Origin: Antedon mediterranea
Lineage: Eukaryota > Animalia > Echinodermata
Length of the DNA: 64,000 nucleotides
Direction of reading: 5' to 3'
Assembly (NCBI RefSeq): GCF_964355755.1
Contig: NC_092678.1
Coordinates: 23,763,365 to 23,827,364, forward strand
Shown: one piece after another, positions 60,601-64,000 of the stretch
How positions within the stretch are numbered: position 1 is the stretch's first letter
Layout of the letters: the number at the start of each line of letters is the position of its first letter
Position numbers and translations under genes: made by a program
The notes under the pieces: model-generated
The model's database searches: none
Seen by the model: only the letters and a program-made list of their open reading frames with translations
Told to the model about the DNA's origin: nothing

Positions 60601-63600
60601 ATTAAAATGTTTAGATTAAAATCATACCTGGTGAACTGGCCTGTAGCTTTGCTAATCTGAAGATGTAAGAGGGGTGACATGAAAGGATGTTACTACAATA
60701 GACATAAATGTTTAAACAAACTATACAGTGCTATCAAAATGTTAGTACATATACCCGAAAACCGTTATGATTTCTCCAAGAGGCAACCAAACTTCTGGAA
60801 ACCTCTCTGACAAGGTGTCTAACTTCCTCAAACAGGTTGACCAAACCTGCATTCTCTCACCCTAGTAGGACACACTCATTTATCTTTCCTAGGAGTGCAT
60901 GATATGCCTTGATATGCAATGTGATTATGAAAATGTACTCAGTATGTTATTCATAATCCGGTTTGTAGGCCTAACACCAAAGAACTTCAATTTTAACATT
61001 ACCGCCACAAACTATTTATATATTTACGAATTTCTGCATGTACTCTATGACGCAACTGTTTTGAACATTTATACAACAATCAGTGATGAACGTAACGTAA
61101 TAAAATGATTATATTGTAACGTTTTGCTAAGTGATATATTAATAGTGGTTGCAAACAGCTTATAGTACAGTTTTCACAGATGTGTTTGTTATATCACTAC
61201 AAAGTCGTATGACATGAAGTAATAGATAGATTATAGGTAGTATACAAAATAATAATTATGTATTATCTTAAATAATATTGCTTGTAAACTATCCTAGAAT
61301 TTTAGATCAAAAGGGAATGGCCGGTTGTCATTCAGTACACGATTAAAAAACAATTCAAACGGTTAAAACGACATGCTTTGTTAAGTTTTAAAGATTTTGA
61401 AATTGTATGTAATTAATGTAATGTTCATTTGGCCTAATAGATAAGCACAGATATGAGCAGTAAAGATATTTAGCATTCGAATGAAATAAAACTAAAATTA
61501 AGTACAAACAGGGTGACATCCATCGAATAGAAGAAAATAAATAAAATAGATAGTATTTAGTATTATGGTAAAAGTTTACCTCGATCGATTGCTGAGACGT
61601 CTGAGATGGATCGATCCGTATCATATTCATACGCAGAAGAACTTGGAGAATCGTTATCAATTTGACCTGCGGACACCGGATATGACGTACCATCTGATAC
61701 GCGTTTCCAGAAGGCTGGGTCAGATGTACTTTGTTCACTGCGCGTCTTTGGTCGCGTCATCTGAGCCGGTGGTTGAAGGAAGAATCCACCTGGTTTGATG
61801 GGGGAAACCAGTTGAGGAGTGTGTGCTTCAGCTGGAGCGACCTCTCCTTGATGTTGCAATTTATACCATTTTGGATTGTTGTCAAGATTATCCATATTAG
61901 AAAGGTCAATCATTACCTGTTGAAGATAAAGATTTTCTTGTTTTAGTTTAACTTTAAAGCTTGTTTCCCACTGGACGCAACTCAATGACGTAGACACAAT
62001 TCAAGTAGTTAGTTGACCAATCCCAAGCGACACTTTGGATTATCGATCGCGTCGTGATTGGTCAAATTATTTACAGTGCGCGTTTCATTTACAAGTGAGA
62101 ACAAATCTTTAACAGCGACAACCAGAGTCACAATCTGCCGTTGATTATCTACATGCACGCTTTGGCCACTGACTTTAAGGAAGGATTAGATTTTAAAACA
62201 CTTTTACCTGACCCATAAAATCGTTGGTCGAAAATCGATCATAGTCCCATACAAGTATTTCCAAAGATTTAGTGCAAAGTTCCCTTCGTCTGATTCCTCG
62301 AAATAGGAAAGTCTGATTCCAATTTGGATTCAACGTCCGTGGCACATACATTGTACGGCGTTTGTTTTCAGCACTAAAATGGAAATCACATAATGTTATC
62401 TTACTGAACACAATGGAAATATGCAACAGGAACACGGTATATTTATCATAGAAAGTATACAGCATGCTTAGCTTATTCTAGAAGAATATCTTGCTCAAGT
62501 TGATGAAATTGCTTTCCTACTTTACTTGGTTTTCATGACGTTTCACAAACATGGTTTCCACTCAAAGGAATGGAATGAATTATATTCTGGTTTAACAAGA
62601 TTTGACCTTGTTTCCAGGAGGATGGCAATGATGAAAGCGTTGTAATCAAGATTAAGACAATGTTTGCCGTAGTTGACAGTAGAAAGTGTGTACAGTATGT
62701 GGTTGAAGGTATATTTTCTACTGCATGTATAAAAATGATGAAAATGATGTTAATATACTAACCATCTTCCAGGGAGAAGGCAGATCTTTACGAACGGATC
62801 GGCAAGTCCATTACGATCTTTAGGTGCTAGATCACGTGCCTTTATTACGGTTATAAACAGATCACCGACATTGTCATCGTAATCAAGTTGGAGCTAATAA
62901 AGAAATAGAAAATTATAAAATAACCACAAAAGTTTATGTTATTCGACATAGAGCAGATTTCTTATATACTTATTTATTATCTGAAGTTACCACAGGGTTA
63001 AAATACTATATAATAATATTTACCTCAATTTCCCCCTTTATAGACTTCATTCGTTCCTTCCGCTTGCGCTAAAAAACATTAAAAAATAAATATTTATAAA
63101 ATGAAATAATTAACTAACGAAACGATTCAAATGATTTTGAATAACAAGTATCTGAACATTTAATTTGTATGGCTTTCTTCGTTTACCTTTGGTGTGGATG
63201 TATTGCTAGACGTTGATTGGCTTGTTGAAAACGACTCACTTGATTGAGACGGAGAATGTGATTGGATGCCTTCTAGTCGTTTGGTTAAAGTACGCGGGTC
63301 AACGCCATTCGTACATTTACCATCGGTTTCTGCGGTAGAAATAAAACATATTAAAAGATTATCTAATAGCGCAAAATGTACGCACGCATAACATGCTGTA
63401 TATCTCGTAAATCAAGCGGAGCATTTTATTATCATAAAAACGCGTTTGTTATGTAGCATGACGATATGGACATCATAATACCTGTCAGAGAAGCCATCAA
63501 TTAGAGACCTACATTAGCAAAGCAAATAATATAAATCCAACTGATTCCATAATCCGAGGCTTTAGTGAACGTCTTACGCTCGCTAGGAAGCAATTTCCAA

Positions 63601-64000
63601 TAAGTAAGACTCACTTGCAGTTTATCGCGTAAATTATTTCATAGGCAACTTTTACTAATGTTACCGAGGTACATAATGAAAACTAGATATTCAGTCTAAA
63701 GAGGTACGTCCTCCGATGAAACGACAAATACAAATTATGACACTATACAATTGTACACGCGAAAGCAAAAAGAAAATAAAAAATAAAAAAGAAAGGATTC
63801 TATGCAAAAAACTCCTCAAAAACATGTGCTTTTCTCCACTGTTACAGTAGTATAAAAATAAATAGTCTAGGCCTATAAGTGTGTAATCTTACCGTAAATA
63901 GCAAATTGCCTACTACCATGTGACGTTTGTTTAGATGAGGCGCTTTTTCGCGGTGAATCCATCATGCAAACTCCACTGCAAGTAATGAATAAAAAAAATC
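54632..64000 (-). CDS. PCLO: Piccolo-like active-zone protein, 3' part (C2A and C2B); continues past right edge
   Basis: C2A exons about 63024-63068, 62763-62893, 62208-62373, 61580-61916: [82 protein letters not shown]. C2B exons about 55764-55898, 55379-55518, 54632-54778: GEIKLGLKK..DG..IIQCR..DHIPDVYVK..KKK..GGRF..VGE..IWLD.VD. Both match recalled Piccolo better than RIM. Confidence 0.85.

Noticed and set aside
62375-62762. Vertebrate-type 27-nt C2A microexon in Piccolo
   Set aside because: The candidate AG..GT segments I examined contain in-frame stops.

Overview
AT-rich, intron-containing animal genomic DNA from an invertebrate (deuterostome/echinoderm-like by impression only). Hand-splicing with GT-AG phase checks gives 11 protein-coding loci: USP19 5' part (-, runs off the left edge), CBLL1/Hakai (+), two tandem ALDH5A1/SSADH paralogs (-), MANBAL (-), GTSE1-like (+), a CCDC3-domain secreted protein with a C-terminal GPI/TM tail (-), TMEM115 (+), a selenophosphate-synthetase paralog lacking most active-site residues (-), an IFI44-like GTPase-TM-fibrinogen-domain-TM gene (+), and the 3' part of a Piccolo-like gene (-, runs off the right edge). 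Introns hold a rearranged Academ transposon, a Helentron-type element, Harbinger-like MITEs, SINE/LINE fragments and tiny putative excision footprints. The top leads are the GTPase-FReD membrane protein, the apparently catalytically dead but intact SPS paralog, and the substrate-pocket divergence of one SSADH copy. Family assignments and human residue numbers come from recalled motifs, not from database searches.
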